Part shown: in pieces, positions 10,601 through 17,943 of the stretch
Layout: the number at the start of each line of letters is the position of its first letter
How positions within the stretch are numbered: position 1 is the first letter of the stretch
IMG/VR virus record: IMGVR_UViG_3300030329_003470
Span: 32,001-96,000 of that record
DNA from: a virus
Reading direction: 5' to 3' (one strand)
Length of the DNA stretch: 64,000 nucleotides
Program-made: the position numbers and the translations under genes
Notes under the pieces: generated by a model
Database searches by the model: none
What the model saw: the letters and a program-made list of their open reading frames with translations, nothing else
Told to the model about the DNA's origin: nothing

Positions 10601-11096
10601 ACGTAATTAATTTTGGTGTTTTTGCAGTAAATTTTTGATCTGTTTGCGACCACTCAAATAATCCATATGAACTTGATGCAAGGTCAAACCAATATGTACC
10701 ATCTGTTGGATCGGCAGTTGGTGCTGATGCACTTCCTACTAAATCTGATAAGTTTACATTTGCTCTTAAAACATATGCTCTGTTGGCTATGCCTAAGAAA
10801 CTGTAAGCCGCTTGTAGTCCCCACTCATTTAATTCATATCCGTGAAGTGAACTTCCTGAAGCGTCTGTGTAAAACTTTGGATCTCCAAATGTTTCTGTTA
10901 ATTCTCTTTGTGATGAAATCAAGTAAACAGTATCAGCATTTGCAGTTGTTGTTCCTGCCGCTGTACCGCTACCAGATCCCGGTAATTTGTCTTGTCCAGA
11001 TGCTACTATAAAAAGAGGTGTTGTACCCGCATCTGATGGTACATAAAAACTTTCGTTTATTACACTTACCTCTACTCCTGGTGATGTTAAAGCCAT
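7665..11096 (-). CDS. Tail sheath protein (T4 gp18-like), enlarged
   Basis: N-terminal LTSPGVEVSVINES; C-terminal WFAPAGTRRG, VNPI, LDRINVSRL, FIFEPND, IEPVKSVEFIYIPLRI; 1143 aa. Confidence 0.96.
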   Translation of the reverse strand: MALTSPGVEVSVINESFYVPSDAGTTPLFIVASGQDKLPGSGSGTAAGTTTANADTVYLISSQRELTETFGDPKFYTDASGSSLHGYELNEWGLQAAYSFLGIANRAYVLRANVNLSDLVGSASAPTADPTDGTYWFDLASSSYGLFEWSQTDQKFTAKTPKLITSVTDLVGDATTGAPKTSYGSQGDYAINTTHVTNKIYYKNDSNAWVHVGSQAWHESHPVFSVASGTTVTNSATFNLNGQLITTGGTALSNVSTAINTANVPGVTASIDSVSGNLEIFHNGGAFGDSTAGDGTIRVEEGSGLLAELGITANTYKTMKFLQDKHTNRPTWKTADENRPTGSVWFKTTSANSGANIVAKLYSSSDSSFSSVAAPLYTTNNQAIYNLDPTNGGTSIASGTLYTQYNVTEQSIGAGQQDTTPNVGDFQIMRYEGGTTVISSKTTFPSFTASETFTVRESLKNQDALDTAKTVTMVSGDGSTLGDADDFITAFSAANFTNLVAEKISSGDYKGAIKITHKLGGDFRMNDTSGTPLADAGFSTSTAHAYGTYTANSTTLIDNLYITPSGESEDSTVGNEVMASNWKRLSYTASTSAPTNQPADGKLWYDTSIDEADILEHNGTTWQGYKNVNSTTDPNGPQFSATAPSTQSDGTPLVNKDLWIDTSDLENYPKIYKYNTSATLSSTNTSNQVAVTTSGAAWELIDKADQTTEDGIVFGDARWHTNTESKPGTEPTDAGDPSSIKDLLSDNFLDPDAPDPDAYPQGILLWNTRRSGYNVKEYKNDYITTTKYPSSGSAGLGNIRFSNETVAGYYPDRWVTKSGNASDGSMCAGRKAQRKVVMTQLKSEIDTNQAIREDQRGFNVIACPGYTEAIANMISLNTDRNNTAFVVGDTPMRLAGTATDITNWANNTAGATDNSEAGLVSSSDYLGVFYPSGQTTDNSGNTIVVPPSHMMMRTLANNDNVAFPWFAPAGTRRGLVDNATAVGYINASDGEFKTISVTESVRDSMHTVKVNPITFFSGAGIVNFGNLTSTSASSSLDRINVSRLAVYLRTQLDAVAKPFIFEPNDELTRNEIKQAIESFLLELVGQRALYDFLVVCDDTNNTPTRIDRNELYVDIAIEPVKSVEFIYIPLRIKNTGEIAKLGN

Positions 11097-11210
11097 TTAC
11101 GTTTCTCCTTGCAAGTTTGTACGTATACTGAAGTATTTATTCAATCATATGGATTTTACGATAAAACTTACCAATTTTTGGTACCTATATAGGCGACGTA
11201 AATAGCATAT

Positions 11211-11570
11211 ATGAATAATAACCTAAGACCTTTGTGTGTAGAGTGTAGATCTAAGCCAAGAGCATATGCTTACCAAAAAGCAGGAAAAGTGTATTGGCGT
11301 AGATTGTGTGATACTTGCAATCGTAAAAAAGCAAAAAAGAAAGTGGGAGGAGTAACTGCATTACAAAGATCAGGCTATAAAAAGAAACAAAAATGTGAGT
11401 TGTGTGGGTTTAAAGCACAAGACAAATTACAATTAGATGTGCTGTTTGTAGACGGAAATTTAAGGAATACAATTTCTAATAATTTAAAAACTGTGTGTGC
11501 TAATTGTCAACGATTAAGCAGTGTGCGTAGACTTGGCTGGCGTGTGGGCGATCTTGTTGCTGACAATTAA
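11211..11570 (+). CDS. Zn-finger / degenerate HNH-like protein
   Basis: Four CxxC pairs; CELCG...LDVLFVDGNLRN...NLKTVCANCQR follows an HNH layout but lacks the histidines; TAAATA 6 nt upstream. Confidence 0.7.
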   Translation: MNNNLRPLCVECRSKPRAYAYQKAGKVYWRRLCDTCNRKKAKKKVGGVTALQRSGYKKKQKCELCGFKAQDKLQLDVLFVDGNLRNTISNNLKTVCANCQRLSSVRRLGWRVGDLVADN

Positions 11571-12119
11571 GTCATCTACTTTTTCATATAATTCATCTAG
11601 AGTACCTGTATTTTCAATAACAACGTCATAATCAGTACCTATCCAATCCCATTCAGATTTATGAAAATTGTGTGCCCACATCCAATCTCTTGTGGGTAAA
11701 TGTCCTTTATGAATACATATAATTTTTCCACCGTGTGCTTTTATTGTTTTAATTTCGTTTTGAAATCTTGTATCTGATATTACAGTTGGTTTACCTTTGT
11801 ATCTATTAATAACAGAATCAACCCATATTGCATCATACATATTTTGACGCATAACTTCAGTACCAAAATATTGTAATACCCAACGCGGAGTTACTTCTTT
11901 GCCCATTTGTTTGCTCCAAAATTCGTCTGGTTTTTCTCGCCATTCTCTGCTTTCTTTAGTATCGCCTTCAAGCATTTTTCTGTCCCAATTAAACATGGAA
12001 CTTACTGCATCTTTTAAACTTTTAGCAAATGAATCTTTTATGAAACCATGTTTTTCAACAAGTCTTTTTGCAACTGTGTCTTTACCAGAACCTATTAGTC
12101 CTACTATTCCTATAAGCAT
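11514..12119 (-). CDS. Deoxynucleoside monophosphate kinase (T4 gp1-like)
   Basis: P-loop GLIGSGKDT, SFAKSLK, PRWVLQYFGTEVMR, VISDTRFQNE. Confidence 0.93.
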   Translation of the reverse strand: MLIGIVGLIGSGKDTVAKRLVEKHGFIKDSFAKSLKDAVSSMFNWDRKMLEGDTKESREWREKPDEFWSKQMGKEVTPRWVLQYFGTEVMRQNMYDAIWVDSVINRYKGKPTVISDTRFQNEIKTIKAHGGKIICIHKGHLPTRDWMWAHNFHKSEWDWIGTDYDVVIENTGTLDELYEKVDDLIVSNKIAHTPAKSTHTA

Positions 12120-12131
12120 TTATTGATTATA

Positions 12132-12314
12132 CTATTTTTTTAAACGTTTTTCAATGACTATTTTGGCTTCTTTTACCGCACCTAGTATCTTTTTACGTAT
12201 GTCTAATTTTTTGTTTTTTAACGCACTAATAGACATATTTTCCAAATCAGTTACAATTTGTTCTAACTCATCTAAATTACAATCTTCGTATTTTTTATAT
12301 CTTGACTCTTCCAT
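12132..12314 (-). CDS. Small hypothetical protein
   Basis: 60 aa, helical; TAAATA 7 nt upstream. Confidence 0.65.
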   Translation of the reverse strand: MEESRYKKYEDCNLDELEQIVTDLENMSISALKNKKLDIRKKILGAVKEAKIVIEKRLKK

Positions 12315-12338
12315 TTGCTCGTATTTAAAGTGGTTTGA

Positions 12339-12884
12339 TTACGAATTATATTTGCCGTGAACGGCCAAAGTTATTCTTGTAGCATTATTTAAGGGTGCTA
12401 AACCTTGGTGGAATATTTGTGAATTATATGATATTAATTTTCCTGCTTCTGGAATACATCTTTCAGTTTCCTCTCTATTATCATTGTAAAATACTGTTTC
12501 ACCACCCCATTCTTTTTCCCAATTTTTGTTTACATATAAAATAAAAGTTTTAGATTGTTGTTTTTCTTTTGGAAAATCAGAGTGAATTCCGCTGTTTAAT
12601 CCTTGTGTTTGTTTGTTAATAATAAAACGCCATGGCACAAAATTTTCACCTGCTTGTTGTTTAATTTTTTCTAATATTTCTAAAAAAATAGGATCTGGAT
12701 TGTTTTTCCATTTACAAATAAACTTGTTATCTACAAAATCTAGTTTATCAAATATATCGTAAATCCAAAAAGGTTTTTGATCTGCATTATAAGTTCGCCA
12801 AATCCATACAGGATTACTATCAAAAGCATTCCATATTTTATCTAATGTTTGTTGTGAAACAAAATTGTTTATTTGTTCAATCAC
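12339..12884 (-). CDS. 2OG-Fe(II) oxygenase (prolyl-hydroxylase-like)
   Basis: HxD (IHSD), YVNKNWEKEWGGET, distal His (FHQG) and Arg (RITLA). Confidence 0.85.
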   Translation of the reverse strand: MIEQINNFVSQQTLDKIWNAFDSNPVWIWRTYNADQKPFWIYDIFDKLDFVDNKFICKWKNNPDPIFLEILEKIKQQAGENFVPWRFIINKQTQGLNSGIHSDFPKEKQQSKTFILYVNKNWEKEWGGETVFYNDNREETERCIPEAGKLISYNSQIFHQGLAPLNNATRITLAVHGKYNS

Positions 12885-13645
12885 TATCCAATCACAAAAC
12901 TGTGTGGTGTGCCACCTTCAGCAAAGTTACCAATTTCTTGGTCTAATCTTTCAATTTCTGCAAGTCCTTGCTGTTTAAGTTCAGCACCGTTTAAAGTTGT
13001 GCCTCCTTGTGGACCAGCAATAGTATTAAATTTGCCTCTTGCTTCTCCTAGCATAGTTTTTGATACTGCAAGTGCATAATCTCTAATCCACGGTTTTGCA
13101 TAAATGTCTTTGAATAATGTTATATCAGGTCTAAAATTATCAGTATGCATTAATATAGTTTCAGAATCTGCTCTTGGTCTTTGTGTAATTGTTAACTTCT
13201 TAGTAGCAACATCAAAATGAAACTGAATAAATGAACCAAACAATTTACCTACCAATTCTTGATAACTTGCAAAGGCAAAATATGTTGCAAGTCCGCCTGT
13301 TGCACCTGCCCTTAACAAGTATGTATTTGTGTATGCTAAATTGAATGGTTCAAATAATGTACCACCTTCGCCACCTTCAGTTCTGGAACCTACGGTTCTT
13401 CTATGTAATCTTCTTACGTTTATAACTTCATCTGGTAAAATATATGTGTTTTGATTTTCTTTTAATTCAAGAAAAGCATATGATTCTTCCACCGCATTTG
13501 AACTACGTTGTCTGTATCTATTAATTGCTCTTTCTAGTGCCGTTTGATAGTGTTTAGGGTCTAATTCCACATCTATCATACCCTCACCTAGATTGTTCTT
13601 TATATAATCAAATATCTCTTGTTGACCTGTTTGAAGTTCTGACAT
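12884..13645 (-). CDS. Neck / head-tail adaptor protein (T4 gp13-like)
   Basis: LGEGMIDVELD, WIRDYALA...LGEARGKF, GPQGGTTLNG; ATG 13645 is 5 nt after TATAAATA. Confidence 0.8.
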   Translation of the reverse strand: MSELQTGQQEIFDYIKNNLGEGMIDVELDPKHYQTALERAINRYRQRSSNAVEESYAFLELKENQNTYILPDEVINVRRLHRRTVGSRTEGGEGGTLFEPFNLAYTNTYLLRAGATGGLATYFAFASYQELVGKLFGSFIQFHFDVATKKLTITQRPRADSETILMHTDNFRPDITLFKDIYAKPWIRDYALAVSKTMLGEARGKFNTIAGPQGGTTLNGAELKQQGLAEIERLDQEIGNFAEGGTPHSFVIG

Positions 13646-13688
13646 ACACATATTTATAGTAATCAAACTATCAATAAATATGTGTGAT

Positions 13689-14855
13689 ATGCCAAGATTA
13701 TCCATTTTTAAGCCAGAAAAAGGCAACGACTATAAGTTCTTTGATCGCAACATCAAAGAGATGTTTACTGTGGGTGGAACTGACTTACACTTCCACAAAT
13801 ATTTAGGACCTTACGATCAAGGAAATACAAACAAAGATGGCCCAGCAACAGCAACACAACCACAGTATTCAGGTGATAGTCTTAACGAAAGAACCATACA
13901 AGATTTACTATTTTTAGAAAACAGAGATAGAAAATACTCTGATGATGTCTATATTATAAGAGGCATATACAACGTACAAGATATAGATTTTAATCTATCA
14001 CAATTTGGTATGTTTTTACAGAATGATACAATATTTTTAACTGTGCATATGAACGATGTTGTTGAAAGATTAGGTAGAAAACCTATGTCAGGAGACGTTA
14101 TAGAGTTCCCACACATGAAAGAAGACTATTCTTTAGATGAAAGTATACCAATTGCACTTAAAAGATATTATGTTATAGAAGATGTAAACAGAGCGGCAGA
14201 AGGATTTTCACAAACATGGTGGCCACATTTATTAAGATTAAAATTAAAAACACTAGTTGACTCTCAAGAATTTAGAGACGTAATTGGTGACGCAACAACA
14301 GAAGGATCTGTTGCCAATTACATGAGTACATATAATAGAGAAAAAACAATTAATGATCAAATTGTTGCAAATGCAGAATCAGACGCACCTAAATCAGGAT
14401 TTAATTACAAACAATACTATGTTGCACCAATCGATGAAAGAGGCAATATTAGAACTGATAATGTAAATTCAACAGATAGAGTAAGTTCAGATAAACCAAT
14501 AAATGCAACAATAGATACACCGGCGGCAAGTCATTATGGTTTCTATTTAGATGGAGATGGAGTTGCACCAAACGGTCATCCTGCTGGTTTTGGAATTTCG
14601 TTTCCAACGTCAAACATTGATAAGGGTGATTACTTTTTAAGAACAGATTATTTGCCAAATAGATTATTCCGTTATGACGGAATCAGATGGATTAAAGTAG
14701 AAGATTCTGTAAGACTAACTACAACAAACACAGATGCTAGAGAAAATTGGAAAACTAAATTTGTTAATGCTTCTGGTACAACTACAATAAACGGTTTAAC
14801 AGTTAATCAAAGACAAGCACTAACTGATGCATTAAAACCAAAGGCTGACGATTAA
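13689..14855 (+). CDS. Neck protein (T4 gp14-like)
   Basis: LFLENRDRKY, FNLSQFG, GRKPMSGDVIEFP; divergent from the gp13-like gene; ATG 13689 after TAAATA. Confidence 0.72.
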   Translation: MPRLSIFKPEKGNDYKFFDRNIKEMFTVGGTDLHFHKYLGPYDQGNTNKDGPATATQPQYSGDSLNERTIQDLLFLENRDRKYSDDVYIIRGIYNVQDIDFNLSQFGMFLQNDTIFLTVHMNDVVERLGRKPMSGDVIEFPHMKEDYSLDESIPIALKRYYVIEDVNRAAEGFSQTWWPHLLRLKLKTLVDSQEFRDVIGDATTEGSVANYMSTYNREKTINDQIVANAESDAPKSGFNYKQYYVAPIDERGNIRTDNVNSTDRVSSDKPINATIDTPAASHYGFYLDGDGVAPNGHPAGFGISFPTSNIDKGDYFLRTDYLPNRLFRYDGIRWIKVEDSVRLTTTNTDARENWKTKFVNASGTTTINGLTVNQRQALTDALKPKADD

Positions 14856-16318
14856 TGTTACATTTTTACGAAGGACAGGTTAGAAAATTTTTAACTCAAT
14901 TTATTAGAGTTTTGAGTAATTTTTCTGTAGAAACAGGAAGAAATAAAACTGACGAAATTGTTTTAAGGGCAGTTCCAGTTGTATACGGAGACCCAACGAG
15001 ACAAGTAGCAAATATCATTAGAAATAATAGTGAAAATGCATTAAATTATGTGCCAAAAATTGCTTGTTATGTTAGAGAATTAAATTATGATAGAGAAAGA
15101 ATGCAGAATCCTTATCATATTGAGAAACAACATTTAAGACAAAGAGACAAATTAGATGATGGTACTTACAGTAATCAACTAGGTGCAGGATATACTGTTG
15201 AAAAAGTTATGCCTTCTCCATTTAGATTAGAAGTTACAGCAGACATTTGGACATCAAATACAGATCAAAAACTACAAGTATTAGAACAAATTTTGTATTT
15301 GTTTAATCCTGATTTTGAAATTCAAAAATCAGACAACTATATTGACTGGACAAGTTTAAGTTATGTTGAATTAACAGGCATAACATTTAGTTCTAGAACG
15401 ATACCAGTTGGTGCAGACACAGAAATTGACATAGCATCATTAACTTTCTCTATGCCAATATGGTTATCACCTCCAGTTAAAGTAAAAAAATTAGGTGTTA
15501 TACAAAAAATTATAATGAGCATTTATGATGATGACGGTGGAATTACTAAAGGACTAATAGACGGTACTATGTTAACAAGAAGTTATGTAACACCAAACAA
15601 TTATGCATTATTAGTTACAGGAAATCAATTAAGACTGTTAGGTTCAACAGGTACAACTGTGTCAAGTACAGATCCTGGAATAGGTTCAGGAGGATCTGGA
15701 TATTATACAGGTGCTAGAGATCCAGGATTAGCAGATCCATTTGAAACATTTGGGCCAGCAATTAATTGGAAACTTCTTTTAGATCAGTATGGCAAGGTTA
15801 GAAATGATACATCACAAATTAGATTAAAACAACCAACTGGAAACGAAATTGTTGGAACTATTGCCACTAGTTCTTTAGAAGATACTATTTTATTATACAA
15901 CATTGACCAAGACACTATTCCAGCAAATACATTAACATCAGTTAAAAAAATAATTAATCCATTAACGTTTGCTCCAGACTCGCCAGCAAATGGAGACAGA
16001 TATCTAATTATTGACGAAATAGGCGACTCCACAGCAACAGTGCAAAGTTCTACTTGGGGAACATTGATTGCATCAGTTGGTGATATAATTGAATATAGCA
16101 CTCCACAAAGTAAATGGATAAAAGTTTTTGATGCATCAGATCCTGATTCTACACAGCATTACGTTACAAATTCTAATACAGGAATACAATATAGATTTAA
16201 TGGAACAGAATGGGTTAAATCATATGAAGGACTTTATACTGCTGGTAATTGGAGTATTGTAATTGACGGTGGTTATGTTGGAAACGTTGATTCTGGTCAA
16301 GACGAAACTACTCCTTGA
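14855..16318 (+). CDS. Tail terminator / sheath stabiliser (T4 gp15-like) with C-terminal extension
   Basis: VPVVYGDP, MPSPFRLEV, LQVLEQILYLFNP resemble the gp15 family; follows the gp14-like gene. Confidence 0.75.
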   Translation: MLHFYEGQVRKFLTQFIRVLSNFSVETGRNKTDEIVLRAVPVVYGDPTRQVANIIRNNSENALNYVPKIACYVRELNYDRERMQNPYHIEKQHLRQRDKLDDGTYSNQLGAGYTVEKVMPSPFRLEVTADIWTSNTDQKLQVLEQILYLFNPDFEIQKSDNYIDWTSLSYVELTGITFSSRTIPVGADTEIDIASLTFSMPIWLSPPVKVKKLGVIQKIIMSIYDDDGGITKGLIDGTMLTRSYVTPNNYALLVTGNQLRLLGSTGTTVSSTDPGIGSGGSGYYTGARDPGLADPFETFGPAINWKLLLDQYGKVRNDTSQIRLKQPTGNEIVGTIATSSLEDTILLYNIDQDTIPANTLTSVKKIINPLTFAPDSPANGDRYLIIDEIGDSTATVQSSTWGTLIASVGDIIEYSTPQSKWIKVFDASDPDSTQHYVTNSNTGIQYRFNGTEWVKSYEGLYTAGNWSIVIDGGYVGNVDSGQDETTP

Positions 16319-16343
16319 TAAAATAACAATAAATTGTTATAAT
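16315..16343 (+). promoter_or_regulatory. Sigma70-type promoter for the NUDIX gene
   Basis: TTGATA (16315-20), 17-nt spacer, TATAAT (16338-43); ATG follows 5 nt later. Confidence 0.7.
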
Positions 16344-16348
16344 AAGTT

Positions 16349-16777
16349 ATGAAAGAAAATATAATTTGTTCAGGTGCATTATTCTATGCTACAAGTACAA
16401 AACGTTTTTTGTTTTTGCAAAGAACTGACGAAAAAACACAAGGTAGTTGGGGATTAGTTGGTGGACAAGCACGTACTACTGAATCAGCATTTGAAGGATT
16501 AAAAAGAGAAATTGAAGAAGAAATTGGTAGTACGCCAGTATTTAAAAAAGTAATTCCTTTAGAATTATTCACTTCAAATGATCAAAAATTTTTCTTTCAT
16601 ACGTATCTTATTGCAGTTGAAAATGAATTTATTCCTAAATTAAATGAAGAACATTCTGGATATTGTTGGACTGCTTTTGAATGTTGGCCTAAAAATTTAC
16701 ACGCAGGTCTAAAAAATACTTTGAATAACAAAGCAATTAAAGGTAAACTTCAAACTATTTTAGATTTAATTGTCTAA
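16349..16777 (+). CDS. NUDIX hydrolase
   Basis: Nudix box variant GG-x5-E-x7-REIEEEIG. Confidence 0.92.
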   Translation: MKENIICSGALFYATSTKRFLFLQRTDEKTQGSWGLVGGQARTTESAFEGLKREIEEEIGSTPVFKKVIPLELFTSNDQKFFFHTYLIAVENEFIPKLNEEHSGYCWTAFECWPKNLHAGLKNTLNNKAIKGKLQTILDLIV

Positions 16778-16780
16778 AAA

Positions 16781-16806
16781 AAAAGGCGACCCGAAAGCCG
16801 CCTTTT
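16781..16806. terminator. Probable bidirectional terminator between convergent genes
   Basis: AAAAGGCG...CGCCTTTT inverted repeat with A/T runs on both sides. Confidence 0.8.
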
Positions 16807-16833
16807 AATTCTATTAAAAAGTATTAATATTTA

Positions 16834-17889
16834 TTAGTTGTTAGTTCTCACTACACAATTTACCAGGCCAATTTCTGAATCAGTTTTGCTTTCTAATGCT
16901 CTACCAATTACATGGAAAGGATTGATTGATTCGCCAGTTGCAACTGCTCTTGCAGTTCCTTTAACTGAACTAGAAACAAGTCTTTGTCCTTTTTCTACTG
17001 TACCTTGAACTCTTACTGGTACTCTACCTGTCATTGCAATAAATGGATGTGAATCATCGTTACCTGCACCGTTGTTCATTCTAAGTGCTGGCATTGTAGA
17101 AACTACACCAAATACAGTGTCCTGTAATTCTGATGTTGTTTCTGTGATCTCTGCTTCACCGCCTAGTGTTACAACTGCACCTTCTGCCATAGGAGCGTCT
17201 GCTTCGAAACGCTCGCCAACGTCAGAATAGTTAGCCGCTGTCGCTGTTGCGTGAATAACGTTACATCTAATATCAACAAGATTTGCTTCTGATATTGTTA
17301 TTTCACTGGCATTGTCAGCACCTGAAGATGCTCTTAATGCCGAGAAGGCTCCACCTGCGTTACCGTAAGTAGTTGTTCCGTCATCTGCAAATGATTCATC
17401 CCAAACCCAGAAAAGATCTTCTTCTGTTGCTGATGATGTTTCACCTCTGTTTACTTTCAGACCACTTAATACTGGCATACCAGATGCCGCAGAAATGTTT
17501 CTGTTTACTGCTATAATGTTATCTTCAACTTCTAGTGTTGAAGTGTTAACGATTGTGTTAGTTCCATTTACTTCTAAGTCTCCTGTGATTATCACATTCC
17601 CTGAAAACGTTGCCGCTGTGTCAGTGATTGTTAATTCAGTGTTACCGTCACAAGTTACAGTCAAAGTTCCGTTTGAACCTGAGTCTGATACAGTTGCGTT
17701 GGTGTTGTTTACTGTAATCGCAGTAGTTGAAATGGCACTAATTTGGTCGTCAACATACTTTTTGTTAGCGAACTGACCGTCAGCATTTGGTGCCGCTGTC
17801 GCTCCGCCTGTAATGGTGTTAGCATTCGCTGATATTGTAATATCACCTACTTCTAATCCATTATTAACTCTAAAGTTACGTGTTGTCAT
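16834..17889 (-). CDS. Fibre-like protein with C-terminal intramolecular chaperone (peptidase S74/G2-type) domain
   Basis: NYSDVGERFEAD...GAVVTLGGEAEIT...VFGVVS...IAMTGRVPVRV...GRALE. Confidence 0.72.
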   Translation of the reverse strand: MTTRNFRVNNGLEVGDITISANANTITGGATAAPNADGQFANKKYVDDQISAISTTAITVNNTNATVSDSGSNGTLTVTCDGNTELTITDTAATFSGNVIITGDLEVNGTNTIVNTSTLEVEDNIIAVNRNISAASGMPVLSGLKVNRGETSSATEEDLFWVWDESFADDGTTTYGNAGGAFSALRASSGADNASEITISEANLVDIRCNVIHATATAANYSDVGERFEADAPMAEGAVVTLGGEAEITETTSELQDTVFGVVSTMPALRMNNGAGNDDSHPFIAMTGRVPVRVQGTVEKGQRLVSSSVKGTARAVATGESINPFHVIGRALESKTDSEIGLVNCVVRTNN

Positions 17890-17943
17890 GGTTCCATATC
17901 TCCCGCATGATTGTTAATTTACGTATTAGTTACGTGCTTGTAT

